Below are positions 37,685 to 49,098 of a stretch of 64,000 bases of DNA, piece by piece. Under the pieces are notes generated by a model that did no database searches, was not told the origin of the DNA, and saw nothing but the letters and a program-made list of their open reading frames with translations. A program made the translations under genes and the position numbers. Origin of the DNA: Lophium mytilinum (lineage: Eukaryota); NCBI GenBank assembly GCA_010093605.1, contig MU004193.1:1630579-1694578 (forward strand), in the 5' to 3' direction. Position 1 is the stretch's first letter. Each line of letters begins with the position of its first letter.

Positions 37685-39381
37685 ATGGCGCAAGAGGTGC
37701 CTTTGCTCACTAACGGCCGCGGGCTGCTAAAGCGCGAAGAGCCTCCTCGGAACGCAAAGGATGACTTTGTCTGCTCACATGCAGAGTGTGCAACCCTGGT
37801 CTTCAAACGCAAATGTGAATGGAGGTTCGTAAATCCCATTATTCTCGATTGAGTTCAACGGCATTAATTCAATGTCAATAGTAAGCACATGGATAAGCAT
37901 GATAGACCTTACAAGTGCAAAGGTTCTGGCTGCGCAACACTTCAAGGTTTCACCTACAGCGGAGGGCTGCTAAGGCACGCGAGAGAGGTCCATAAGTTGC
38001 ATAGTGGAACCAAAATGACTCTATTCTGCCATCACGCCGATTGTAAGCGCTCTTCGGGCAAGGGCTTCACACGAAAGGAAAATCTCGAAGACCACAATCC
38101 GCCGCGTTCATCCCGGTACCCTCTTAGAGATGGGAAATCATATTTTCGAGCCGATAACCACTCCGAATGGCCATTTTGGTGGTTGGAAGTTAGCCCAGGT
38201 TCTTGATCGACCGTATCTGTCTCGGATATTAAGAGGTCACTTGCCCCCCGAACACCCAACCCTCAACCACTCTCGTAATCTCAAACGTCACTACGAGATA
38301 CACGGCACATTAGCAAACACCTCAGTGGCAGCTCTTCCAGATACTGGATCCGGACACAATATTTTGTCGCTTGCGTTTGCGAACGAGCATAAGCTGAACG
38401 TGGATCAGTCAGCAAAGGTCAACTTCTTACTACCCTCTGGCCAAATGACTCGCTCCGTAGGATCTGTGAAAGTTACATGGAGCTTCCTCGGCGAGTCCAA
38501 GCCACTCGACATTATTTTCGATGTGCTGCCTCGATGCACCCATCCAGTGATCCTCGGTAAGGAGTTCTTGAAGCTCACTCGGACTCTAACCCATTTGGCC
38601 CAGCGCATCAAGTCAAAGCTTCTCCCAGTTTCCGCTCAGCAGGGTGTACGTCTGCTAGGCCGGCAAAATGAAAGAGTGTTAGGCCTTCTTGAGGGACGAC
38701 CTGTCACTGCCGTGCCGGACACCGGGTCCGACGTGATGCTCATCTCGAAAGCTTACGCCATACAACACAACTATCAGATTCTCAAGGATCAGCACCTGCG
38801 ATCGGAACTTGAATTTGCTGACGGTTCTCGCGCTATCACTAGCGGGATTATTCCAGATCTAAGGTGGCGTTTTGGAAGTTCCGACCAAGATTTTTGGTGC
38901 GATTTCCACGTGCTAGACGACCTCGTTGAAAGCATCGTATTGAGCAACGACTTTTTGTTCGGTACAGACGCCTTTTCAGTGTATGCGCCATCTTTCTATG
39001 ACGAAGACGTCCTCACCCCCGAGCTTGTTTATGAGCTCAGCCTGGTGAAGCAGATTAGCTGGCTCGGGGAAAGCTTTCGGAGGGTCTTTAGGAGAACAGC
39101 CGTCACGGGTACGCACTCTCCTAGATCAGATTTCACTAGGCTGAGTACCTGGCTAACTAATTTCTCTACATCTGGACCCAGACGGTGATCTACTAAGGGA
39201 AGTTCGACAAGAGCTCCAACGTAGAGATGATGCGGAAGAGGCCATTTTCACCTTGCCTCCACACCAACAGCTTACTGCCAGAAGCATAGAAAATGGTCGC
39301 AGAGATACGTGGCAGAGGTCTCGACATCCCTCGGGGCACCCTCAAACGTTGAACACCCGCGCTTCTAACACTTCAACCTGA
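37685..39381 (+). CDS. Triple C2H2 zinc finger fused to a two-lobed retropepsin-like aspartic protease; interrupted by a +1 frameshift at ~38096
   Basis: Exon 37685-37824, intron 37825-37881, then KRKCEWS|KHMDKHDRPYKC..GFTYSGGLLRH.REVH..C...C..GFTRKENLEDH. Removing one A at 38096/38097 yields HIRRVH and reads into ORF 38130 with ALPDTGS..VILG and AVPDTGSD..FADGS..IVLSNDFL. Intron 39109-39181, then last exon ELQRRDDAEEAI.. to stop 39381. Confidence 0.75.
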
Positions 39382-40066
39382 ACTCCGGCTCTAAGGTTTA
39401 CCAGGGGTTGCCCAAGCCTGTGATCTCCCTTTCACTATGTTGTCTTTTGGGCATACTCGGAGTTGAGGTCCTTTGGCGTTGATCGGGTTTTCAATGTTGG
39501 AAATGTTCCTGGCCCAGTAATACTGATACATATATCACGCACCTCTTGCTAACAACCATTTTCAAACTGTAACACAACGCAGTCCGGCTATTTCTCCGAT
39601 TTAGGATCTTATCAGGACTACTGCTTTAGTGGTGGAAAGAAATATAAAATATCAATTCGGGAAATCATAAGCATCCAAGCCGCGTCTTTTAATTGGATAA
39701 GCCTGACAGCGCATGCCTAGAAGTACTTTGTTTCTATGTTTTACAGCTACTTGCTTAGCAAAATAGCCTTAGCGAATAGCCTTGGAGCTTGGCAAATGAG
39801 TTGGCTGCCTGCCACCACCTGCATGCAGTTGCACAGCCCCAGCCTTGTCGCTAGAAATCTTCAAAACCAAGGCATCTCCCACTTTTGAGCGAGTGCGAGG
39901 GTTTCTAGCTTTTTCCTCTCTTATTAGTCGATATTATCTTCTTGCAATTCTCGAGTAGCCAGAAACGCAAATTGGCCTGCAAATGCCGATCTTTTCATCG
40001 ACACGCCTACCTTGTCGCAGTCTCCTTTAGCGATTGCTACCCCGAAATCACCCACCGTTCTTCGAG

Positions 40067-41770
40067 ATGCATTGGACCCCATATTCCTTTCTCTACATAG
40101 AGAATCTTCCTCGCAATGTCACAGGCGGTCAAGTTATACACCACTTTCGAGGAATCTCCTACATCATTTATGTTAGGCTCCGGGATGGATTCGGAGTTAT
40201 CGACTGTGAGGGCACTCCGGACGTACGAGACATTATGACTGCCCTCCACTCTTCCACGACTCTAGACTCAACAGATGCTGTGCTTGAACTCCGCTATAAC
40301 GAGCTCATTGGTGAATATCTGGCCGTCAATTTCGCCCACGGCAATAATTCCAAGCAGATTGAACCTGAACAAAGGCCTGGACCGCTTGTCCGAAGCGATG
40401 ACCCCCTATTGCAAAGGTGGGCCAAGCCTTTGTGGGACAAGACAGGTTCGATACAAGGGAATATAAGACGATATCGGGAGTGGCAAGACAGTTGTTTTAA
40501 CCCTCAATTTTCTAGAAACTCATACTCGTACCTGGGCTCGACATGGGAGACTGATATTGCCAAATTGAGCCGCCGACAACCTTTGCAAGGACACTACCGC
40601 ATCGAAGGTACACTGAATAACAACCCAGTATCAGCCTTTCCGGACACTGGAGCAGCGAAAAACGTTATATCGCTCAACTACTGTGAGCGACTCGGAATTT
40701 CTGTTGAGAAGAGTTCCAGGCTATCTTTCCAGTTACCTCATGGTAGAATCGTCCATTCCACAGGCAAGACGCGACTCCGATGGAGATTTGCCGACGAGTC
40801 GAAGTACATTACCGCAGATTTCCACGTGGTTCCGAGTTGTACCCACAACGTCATTCTAGGCAACTCATTCTTGACATTAACGAAGTCCTTAACAAAATTC
40901 TTCCATCGAATCAAAACAAGCTGGTTGCCAACTCCCCAGCGCTTAGGGGTACAACTCTTGGGATTCCAAAGACAGCGAGTATTCGGATACCTGAATGGTA
41001 ATCACGTTGATGCAATCCCAGACACCGGCTCTGACGTTCTCCTTATTTCCAGAGCATTTGCAAAAAAGCACGGCTACCAGGTCCAAAAGTCCCTGCGCTC
41101 TGAACTCGAATTCGGAGATGGCTCTCGCACTTTCACTGACGGCATGGTGACTGACCTAGAGTGGAATTATGGCGATCCAGGAACCTCTTACACGCGTGAC
41201 TTCCATGTTCTAGAGAACCTACCCGCGGATCTCATCCTGAGCAACGATTTCCTATTTGGTACCGACGCCTTCCGGAAGAACAAAGACTGCTTCTACGATA
41301 TTGATGGCCCAGGAGCAACACAAAACCACGAGTTTAGCTTGATAAAAAACATTGGCTGGTTGAGCGATCGAATATCGAGTTTATTGAGCCGGACCTCTTC
41401 AAAAGGTACGCGACAACTCCATCGACTTCTAATCTCAATGCTAACATACACAGTATCTCAAGGTAGCATCACAATTCGATCTGAAGACGACGAAATCCGA
41501 AGAGAGCTCCAGCGTCGCGACGAGGCCGACGAAGCTATCGCGGCGCTACCGGGGGAACAGCAACGACTCGCTCAGGACGCAGAGACTCTGAGACGGACCA
41601 CGTGGACTCCCGAAACATTGGCTCCTTCGAATCCATCGATACCGTCACCAAATACCTCGAAGAGACAGAACGAGTGGTCCATTCGGATATTCCGCGGAGC
41701 TAAGGGGCGGCATAAATTCTTACAACCTAGAGACACTCGACAATCGCCTTCACGTACGCCCGTATCGTGA
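40067..41770 (+). CDS. Degenerate RRM fused to a two-lobed retropepsin-like aspartic protease (paralog of 37685-39381)
   Basis: LYIENLPRNVT..RLRDGFGVID (RRM relic), then AFPDTGAA..NVILG and AIPDTGSD..FGDGS..LILSNDFL. In-frame 48-nt intron 41406-41453 (GTACGC..CTAAC..CAG) lies at the same position and phase as in the paralog. Tail ELQRRDEADEAIAALP. Confidence 0.82.
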   Translation: MHWTPYSFLYIENLPRNVTGGQVIHHFRGISYIIYVRLRDGFGVIDCEGTPDVRDIMTALHSSTTLDSTDAVLELRYNELIGEYLAVNFAHGNNSKQIEPEQRPGPLVRSDDPLLQRWAKPLWDKTGSIQGNIRRYREWQDSCFNPQFSRNSYSYLGSTWETDIAKLSRRQPLQGHYRIEGTLNNNPVSAFPDTGAAKNVISLNYCERLGISVEKSSRLSFQLPHGRIVHSTGKTRLRWRFADESKYITADFHVVPSCTHNVILGNSFLTLTKSLTKFFHRIKTSWLPTPQRLGVQLLGFQRQRVFGYLNGNHVDAIPDTGSDVLLISRAFAKKHGYQVQKSLRSELEFGDGSRTFTDGMVTDLEWNYGDPGTSYTRDFHVLENLPADLILSNDFLFGTDAFRKNKDCFYDIDGPGATQNHEFSLIKNIGWLSDRISSLLSRTSSKGTRQLHRLLISMLTYTVSQGSITIRSEDDEIRRELQRRDEADEAIAALPGEQQRLAQDAETLRRTTWTPETLAPSNPSIPSPNTSKRQNEWSIRIFRGAKGRHKFLQPRDTRQSPSRTPVS

Positions 41771-44700
41771 AGCAGCATGCCGGGCTAGGTGTCTCATACT
41801 GAACCAAGGCACTCTTTCAGTTGAATGGGCTCGAATCACAGGGTGCTATCTGCCAGCCGGCATATAGTGCCCTGAGACATACCCTACCTCTAGATGATAA
41901 GATGAAGCTTCCTTCCCCTTGAATAATATAAAGATATAGGCGAGTTTGATAGTGGATTGATGGACTGGGACACCTCGAACTTGACTATGTTACGTGCGGC
42001 TAGGAACAGTATATCGCTGTGATTGAGCGGAAGTGGCATATAAGAAAGCTAGCCCCCGCCTGTTTAGATTTTCTTGGCTGAACGTGGTTGGCACGCAAAA
42101 CTGGTGTGTGGAAACGTCGGAGCTGCTAAAGTATGATTGGATAAAAGGTGTCGTGTTACGGCCCCTACGTAATTAACGAGATTGACGAGAGTTTTACAGT
42201 CTTGCGCGTGATCCTCCCTGATTCCGTGCTCCTCCCTATCCGCATCCTTTCTAGCCTATATTACGAGCTCCCGGCTGCACAGGCGAGCATCAATCACTAC
42301 CTTCCCCTCTCCCAAACGCTCTAGTCTACTCTTGAGACGACACCCGTGTTCCGCACCCACGGCTCCTTGAGCCGCTCCACCCTCCGCTGTCTCACCTTCT
42401 CCCAACCACGGAGCCTCAGTGACTTCTATCTCCGCACGTTCCGAAGCACAGCCCAAAATATTCGAATCCATACATCCTTGGGAGATAGAGGAGCTTCTTG
42501 CCTCGCGCTCGGATGGATCGCATGCGCCGGATTTTCCAGCAGCACCCTTCCCCTGGCTCATAGAGAATCGGGATGGGAGGTTTGGCAGCACGGCGACTGA
42601 CTATCGGATGCAGGGGTTTGCTATTTACAATGCGTCTTTAAGGGTTTGGGGCAAATCCAGATGTCTTCGAAAATGGTGGGAAGAAACTCGGCGTTGCTGC
42701 GTTTGCGGGAGGGGATCGGGGTTGGGGATGCGCTGATGGCGAAGGAGCCGGACCAGGTCTTGGCGCGGGCAGCCTTAGGTACTGGCGACGTAGGCCTTGT
42801 GGGCTGTGTAGAAATCGATGTCAGTGCCGGGGTTGGGCTGTAAACCCGGCGTGTTTGTATGATCGGAGGCAGAGAGTTGCTGATCATAATGATGTCAGAT
42901 GTCTAGTGAGGATCGAAGACGTGTCGCAATGCTCTCCAAATCAGCTCGTGAGGCCCGATTGACTGTCAATATGGTGCATTCGGGTCGAACTGCTGTACCG
43001 CTATTTTGGGATGAGAGAGCGGTCCTTTTTCGAAGACTGCATGCTGTGGCCTCTATGTGCGAAGCGCGAGGAGGGGGCTTAGACCATCGCGAAAGCAGGC
43101 CCTCTTATGTTGCATCCGTAGAAAGCGTGCTTGGGTTTGTGTACATTAGGGTATTATGGTAGGTCGCAATTGGGTTTCATATCGAGTGGCAGAAAATGCC
43201 TGCGTGTTCAGAACTTGTACACTGCAAGCTCAGACGCCTTGCAATTGCTCAAAAAGACGGTGTTGTGCTGTCTCATATCAAGTAAGGCTTTGTGCTTGGT
43301 ATAAGGAGGGATGAGTTCCCCGCCCAATGCACTCTTTGCGCAAGTAGAAGCTTGGGGCAACTGAAATAAGTGAATGGTGAATGCAGGTTACTAGTAACAT
43401 CAAAAACTATGTGAGTGAGATGTGTAAGTGAAATGTCGGCAATCAGTCCATGAATGATTAGCAGACTCTAAGAGCGAGACGGAGATGACGCGTGAATGAC
43501 TGAAGTCAAAGTGTTATCAACCCGACGACTCCTTATGGAGCACAAGAGGGACAGGAGGGTAGGACGAGGCTACAAGGATCGAGGAACCTTATTTGAAAGC
43601 ATTCTAAGGACAGGAGGGAAGACGTTTTCTTGGAGGATCCTATGAACTAGGCCAACAGCTTATTCCCGCAAGACGGAGTATAGAGCAAGGAATACAATAT
43701 ATGGTACGTAACCTTGTGAAGGTGAAAAGGGACACAAAGTCTGAAAGGTTGGATTAGGGTTGAGCGCACGTGCCTTCGGTGCACGTGAATTGGATAAGGT
43801 TTCCTGTTTCGGTCCTATTCGTTATTCGTCAGTCCTATAAATAGGCCAAGAAATTAGAAGATTTGTAACATGCTTGTCCCCTATGATGGACATGTAGCCA
43901 CCCACTTTGACCGGTGAAGACTGCCTACGGAGATGAAGGACTCCTTTGCTAGTTCGTTTTCAGTCTGCCAGGCCGAATCCCACACGGGCAGCTGAAGGGA
44001 ATCCCATGCTTAGCCAGGGCAGCAGCGGCCGAGGAGTGAATAGCGTGAAGCTATCTCCACTATCCCTCGACCCAGCATTCCAAGCACAAGAAGGAACATC
44101 ACGAAGAAACCTCGCACAACTTGCACCGCCGTTTTAATGAGCGATGAATGGCCCCCAAATATTGGTATTACGCAACACTAGGACTTTTTCCGTCAACAAT
44201 ACCGGCCGATCAGCATTCAGGTGCCCCGGACTACGCGGCCCCCAGTCGCCCGTCCGTCATCGAAAGTGCGAGCTGGCGACGGCAGACGGTGGTTGAGACA
44301 TGGAGTGGTTGATCTCGAACTGCGCCTTAAGGCTACCCAAGAGCTGATGTGAGTGAGGCTCCAGCCGAAGCTGAAGATCGCGGTCGCTTCTGCACATCAG
44401 CCCTTCCAGTGGCGCATGGTGGTCGAAACAACGTGGAGTATCCCGTCTAGACTGCGTTCTTAAATCCTTGGCTCGGGCAATGGCCAGCTGGCGGGGAAGC
44501 GTAGGGCGCATGTGCTTTTGTGGGCCGTTCCTCGACTTCTCATCACCATCTTTCATTGGTGCCTCAGGACGGCTGTATGCAGGGCTGCTTACCACGGTGC
44601 TAGCACTGTCAGCGCAGTTGAGCTTGTGCTGATTTGAACCTTGGCACTCCCGGGGAAAGGCGTCCACGGGTAAGTATATGTAGGCGATCGCCACTTTCTT

Positions 44701-44840
44701 CCGCAGAAGGCCTTGAGTAAGCTTTAAAACTTCATCTTCACTACTTTCCTGCCGCGTCGAGGACGAATTCCAGATATCTGCCCTTCGATCGTCGAGACCC
44801 TTTACTTGCCTAGCGTTTCCACTTGCCGCCTTCAAACAGC

Positions 44841-45597
44841 ATGGCGTTTCTACCAATCTTCCTCTCTTGTTTGCTACTTTCTATTTTGTCGATTACGAAT
44901 CTTTCGCTCATAAGCTCGATGGTTGCTTGGCTACACATTCAAAAGACCCAGGTCAAAAGCTACGCTATCGACTGGCCAAATGGCCCCTTCCACCTGGAGG
45001 CATTGCCAGAACACCTCTGGTTAGACCAAGGACATACTTCCAACGGAGTGGCAGGTTATGGTTTCTTCCTAGGCTTGGTGGGGCTGTATGTCGCTTGGAG
45101 ACAGCGAAAGCGACAAGGAAGGGTGAGTTTGTTTTGACTATCTCTACCAAAACACCTCGTACTCTTTGGGCTCTAGAGGGGTGACGTTTAGATTTGGACA
45201 TAAGCTTACTAGTGTTTAGGGTGCTTCTAAAACACTTCTAGCGCTCGTCGTACTACTCTCGCTGGCCGTTGTGTTCACTATTGCGGCGCTCGCTTTCGTC
45301 TTCACCGTTGCACACGATACCAAAGGCCAAACCATCCAGTCGGCAATCGCAAAGCCTGGCGTCAAGTACCCCACGCACAAATGGACTCCAGTGACATGGT
45401 ACAAAGCTGTCCTGAAACTTCCCTTGGCCGACGACAGTGTACGATCCAACATCAAGTCTCATGTTACCAATATCGAAGCCTGGGAATACATGCTCATCCC
45501 GATCTTCCTCACCGACCTCCTCGCCCTGGGCATCGCGGTCATGGCGATGATGAAGCAGCGAAAGGGTCAGCCTTCCGAAATCTCTACCGAGAAATGA
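44841..45597 (+). CDS. Hypothetical four-TM membrane protein (2 exons)
   Basis: Exons 44841-45122 and 45220-45597 with a GTGAGT..TAG intron. Four hydrophobic segments; motifs DQGHTSNGVAGYGFF and YP..KWTP.TWYKAVL. Confidence 0.8.
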
Positions 45598-46463
45598 GCC
45601 CTCGCTTACGTCCTCGAAGGAGTAGAATACAGCGGCCTAAGCCGTGGAGAAAACAAAGTCCCCCTTGAGCCATATCGACCATCTGCGTAATGACCCTAAT
45701 GGGGCTTGGGATTGAAATTGTTGGGAGTGTCTTTCGTTTGGGAGCGTGGTCATAGGCTGATGACTTTTATCGTCGTATGGAGTTCTGGAAGATCTAAACC
45801 TCTACCTTCATTCTCTTCTCGAGATTTGGAAGCGATTTCACCGATGGGATCCTTCATGTTATGATATCCACTTTTCAGATATTATTAATAACACTTTCGT
45901 TATACGCTGCCATAACGTGTCTTTTGTCGTGAATTCAAATGGTGTCGAAGTGTCTGACCCCCAAGCATCACAAGGTCTGGAACCGAATATTGAACCATGC
46001 TCGACCCCTGCCGGCATCGTCATCTGCGTTTTCAGGGTCACGCGTACCCACAAAGCAGACGTCCAATTTAGTTGCAGAAGAGAAGGGACTACCTCACCAA
46101 ACTACCTACATTCTTCCACCTCTCACCTACCTGAGCCCCCTGAATCATTCCTAGTATTGTGCCTTTCTCCCTTGATATTTCAGCGTTGGAAGTGGAAACA
46201 AGAAGCGTACTAAGCTTCTCACCGCCGCCTCGGCACGATCCAAATCGTTGAGCTGGAAAAAAGCATCCCAGATCCCTTCACATGCCACACCACCCTTGCG
46301 AAACCCCAGAGCCTCTACAATCCACAAACCTCAACCCTAGAGTTTAAATAAAATATCGAACTGCGTTCAAGGCCCCGACCCGCCTCTCGCGACAACTCCG
46401 ACCCAGCGGCCGTGAAGCGCCGCAGCTCAGCTTAGCTCCCACCACCACCTCCACGGCCCCACC

Positions 46464-47696
46464 ATGTCCATCCTCCTCTACGCACTCCTCCTCCCCACCG
46501 TTCTCGTCTTCGCCCTCCTCGGTTTCTCCCATATCACTCCCGCAAACTCGCCAATGTCGAACGCCTCGGCTTTCTACGCTCGCCTTATAATCTCATGGGT
46601 CGCTATGATCATCGCGGCGGGCTACGGCGTCTTCGCGAGTATAGCGCTGCGGCTGGCGGGATACGGGGGCATGAGCCAGTGGGCTACAGGGAGAGTGTTC
46701 AAGTGGATCATGTGGTACACGACTGGCGTCATGTTTGTGGTTACTGAGGGCGGACGAATTGAGGGAGGGCGGAGGGGCGGTACGGAAGCATTGAATGAGA
46801 GGCCGGCGGTTTTTGTGGCAAATCATCAGACGTGAGTAGTCTTCTCTTTTGGGGGTTGGGGAGGTGTGTATGGTGCTGTTAGTGTGGATCGTGTTGCGAT
46901 TGAGCGGATAATTCTTCGGCAATTGAGGATGATGAAGCTAATTGTGTTCGAACAGAGAACTCGACGTCCTTATGCTCGGTACCCTATTCCCGAAATACTG
47001 CAGCGTAACAGCGAAGAAGAGCTTGAAATGGGCGCCATTCTTGGGCTGGTTCAGTAAGTCCCCCCATATTGTACCTCTCCAACCGTATTGCGCAGTCCTC
47101 AGCACACAACCGAAAACACAAAGCTAATATATCCTAGTGACCCTTTCCAAAACCGTATTCATCGACCGTGCAAACCGAGCTACCGCCCTAGCCGCCTTCG
47201 ACGGAGCCGCAAAGCACATGCAATCCGAGCGCCAAAGCGTCTGGATCTTCCCCGAGGGCACACGGTCATACGGGGAGAGGCCCGAGCTATTACCCTTCAA
47301 GAAAGGCGCATTCCATCTTGCTATAAATGCACAAGTGCCCATCGTGCCAGTAGTCATTGGTAACTACTCGCACGTCTTGAACGTGAAAAAAAGGATCTTT
47401 AGGCCGGGAACAATTGACGTGAGCGGTATGTGCATATTATCTCGTAGTAGGATGACTGAAGTTAGGAGAGTGGTGCTGACTTATTCTTTTCAGTTCTCCC
47501 ACCAATCCCCACGAAAGGCTTGACGGCGGCCGATGCCGACGCGCTCGCTACGAAGACGCGGGATGCGATGATGAGCGAGCTGATTCGACTGTCGACTGTA
47601 GCGCCGTCGAACGGTCATACGCCCGCAGCGGCGATGGCGACAGGAGTAGAGCGCGAGACACAGCCTGCACAGCGGAGAGCCGCAAGTGCCATATAG
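46464..47696 (+). CDS. SLC1: 1-acyl-sn-glycerol-3-phosphate acyltransferase (PlsC/AGPAT, 4 exons)
   Basis: Motifs NHQT|ELD, AKKSLKW.P, FIDR, IFPEGTRS and PFKKGAFH. Introns 46832-46955, 47054-47137 and 47426-47493. Confidence 0.93.
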
Positions 47697-49098
47697 TGCC
47701 TTTGGCTACCCTCACTCTACAGAAGTTTGACTGTCGGAAAAGTTCTTCATCTTGATACCGTTCTCGTTCTAGTGCATCTTTATGCATAGGCTTATGAAAT
47801 ATGATTAGGATTATTGGGCGTGCGAATCTGCATCGAAGAAGACATCTGCATTCCACGTACGGCGTTTAGCGGTATTCGGTTGAGGCTGGCATGCACAGGA
47901 TGTGCAATACCCCCATTTTCGGATCTTTTCCTTTTCCTCAAAAAAGAATCACGAGTGAATCACGAGTTTTGGAATGGCACGCATGGAGACGACGTAGATC
48001 TAGACATAGATCCTAGGAGAACACAAGGAATTTTTTTTACATGTCAGGCCTAAACGCAACGATGAGTGAGGCATAAGCAATATCAATTCTTAGAGTGTTC
48101 GAGGAATCTGACCCAAAATCAATGAAGTCTTTCCCAGGGGCTGTGTCGAAGAAAGGCACAGAGGAAATTGGCTGACAACTTCAAGCCTTCAAGTGGTGCT
48201 CCGAATCGCCTGTGAGCTTCTGATCGATATTCGGCATATCTAATCTGAGAAGCTGCTATAGCCTTCCGTTCGACTTGGTGGTCCGGGATAACGTGGAAAG
48301 ATTTCCTCTGATTCTTTAATGCATGTGAAATGTGCTCAACGTAGAGGATTTCCTTCGAACCACTTGAGTCAGCACTGATGTCTATTTGAAACTTTCCCTC
48401 CCAGAGATGTCTAGAGCCTTACTCAGCGCCATAGCGATAAGTGACTTCCATACGTCTATTACCATATCGATGCTGATTTTCGCCCTCTCCTTTGCGTCGT
48501 AGAGAATGAAAAGGACTGCGTTCCTGGCATGGAACGAAGAAGCGCGCAGAGCGAACTCGATGACTGTAAGACAAACCGGCGAGACATATTCGAAGGTCAT
48601 CTGTCTTCAGATAGGTCCCCGATACTGATCCGTCCAGTATGTAAGCCCGGCCTTCTTGTCTAGCGTGACAATCATGCAAGTTGAGAAGACATTGGTTGGA
48701 GTGTATCAACGGGGTTGTGGGGTGTCAGAAGTATGAGATCTGGTTTCTGAGGATGAATTGTCGTTGAGGACGCTGTCCTGGCATACGAGCAATCAGTAAA
48801 CAACACGCAATCATCACAGATCCATATGAGTCACGAGCTCTTGATCTGAGTACAAAATATGTCATCCCTGAAGAGATGGTGAAGAGATAGTGAAGAGCAT
48901 TTGAGGACTCGGATACAAGCAGCATTGCTTCTAGGTAGATAGCCTAAAGAGGAGATCACATTCACACAGAGGAAGCTAGAGGCAACGCAAAACAACAAAG
49001 CAATCGACTTCACAGTTGAATGACTTCCACGCTCCAGTAATGCATATCAGGGTATCTATCCCGGCCACTTTCTTAATACATACAATGCAGTCAATCCT

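Noticed and set aside
38130..41770. Interpretation of the DTG proteases as LTR-retrotransposon pol remnants
   Set aside because: No RT (YxDD), RNase H, integrase, gag knuckle or LTRs; spliceosomal introns at matching positions; no RIP damage.
42250..44800. Short ORFs, including 44257-44856 (199 aa, minus strand)
   Set aside because: No motifs; the longest overlaps the promoter and start of the 44841 gene on the opposite strand.
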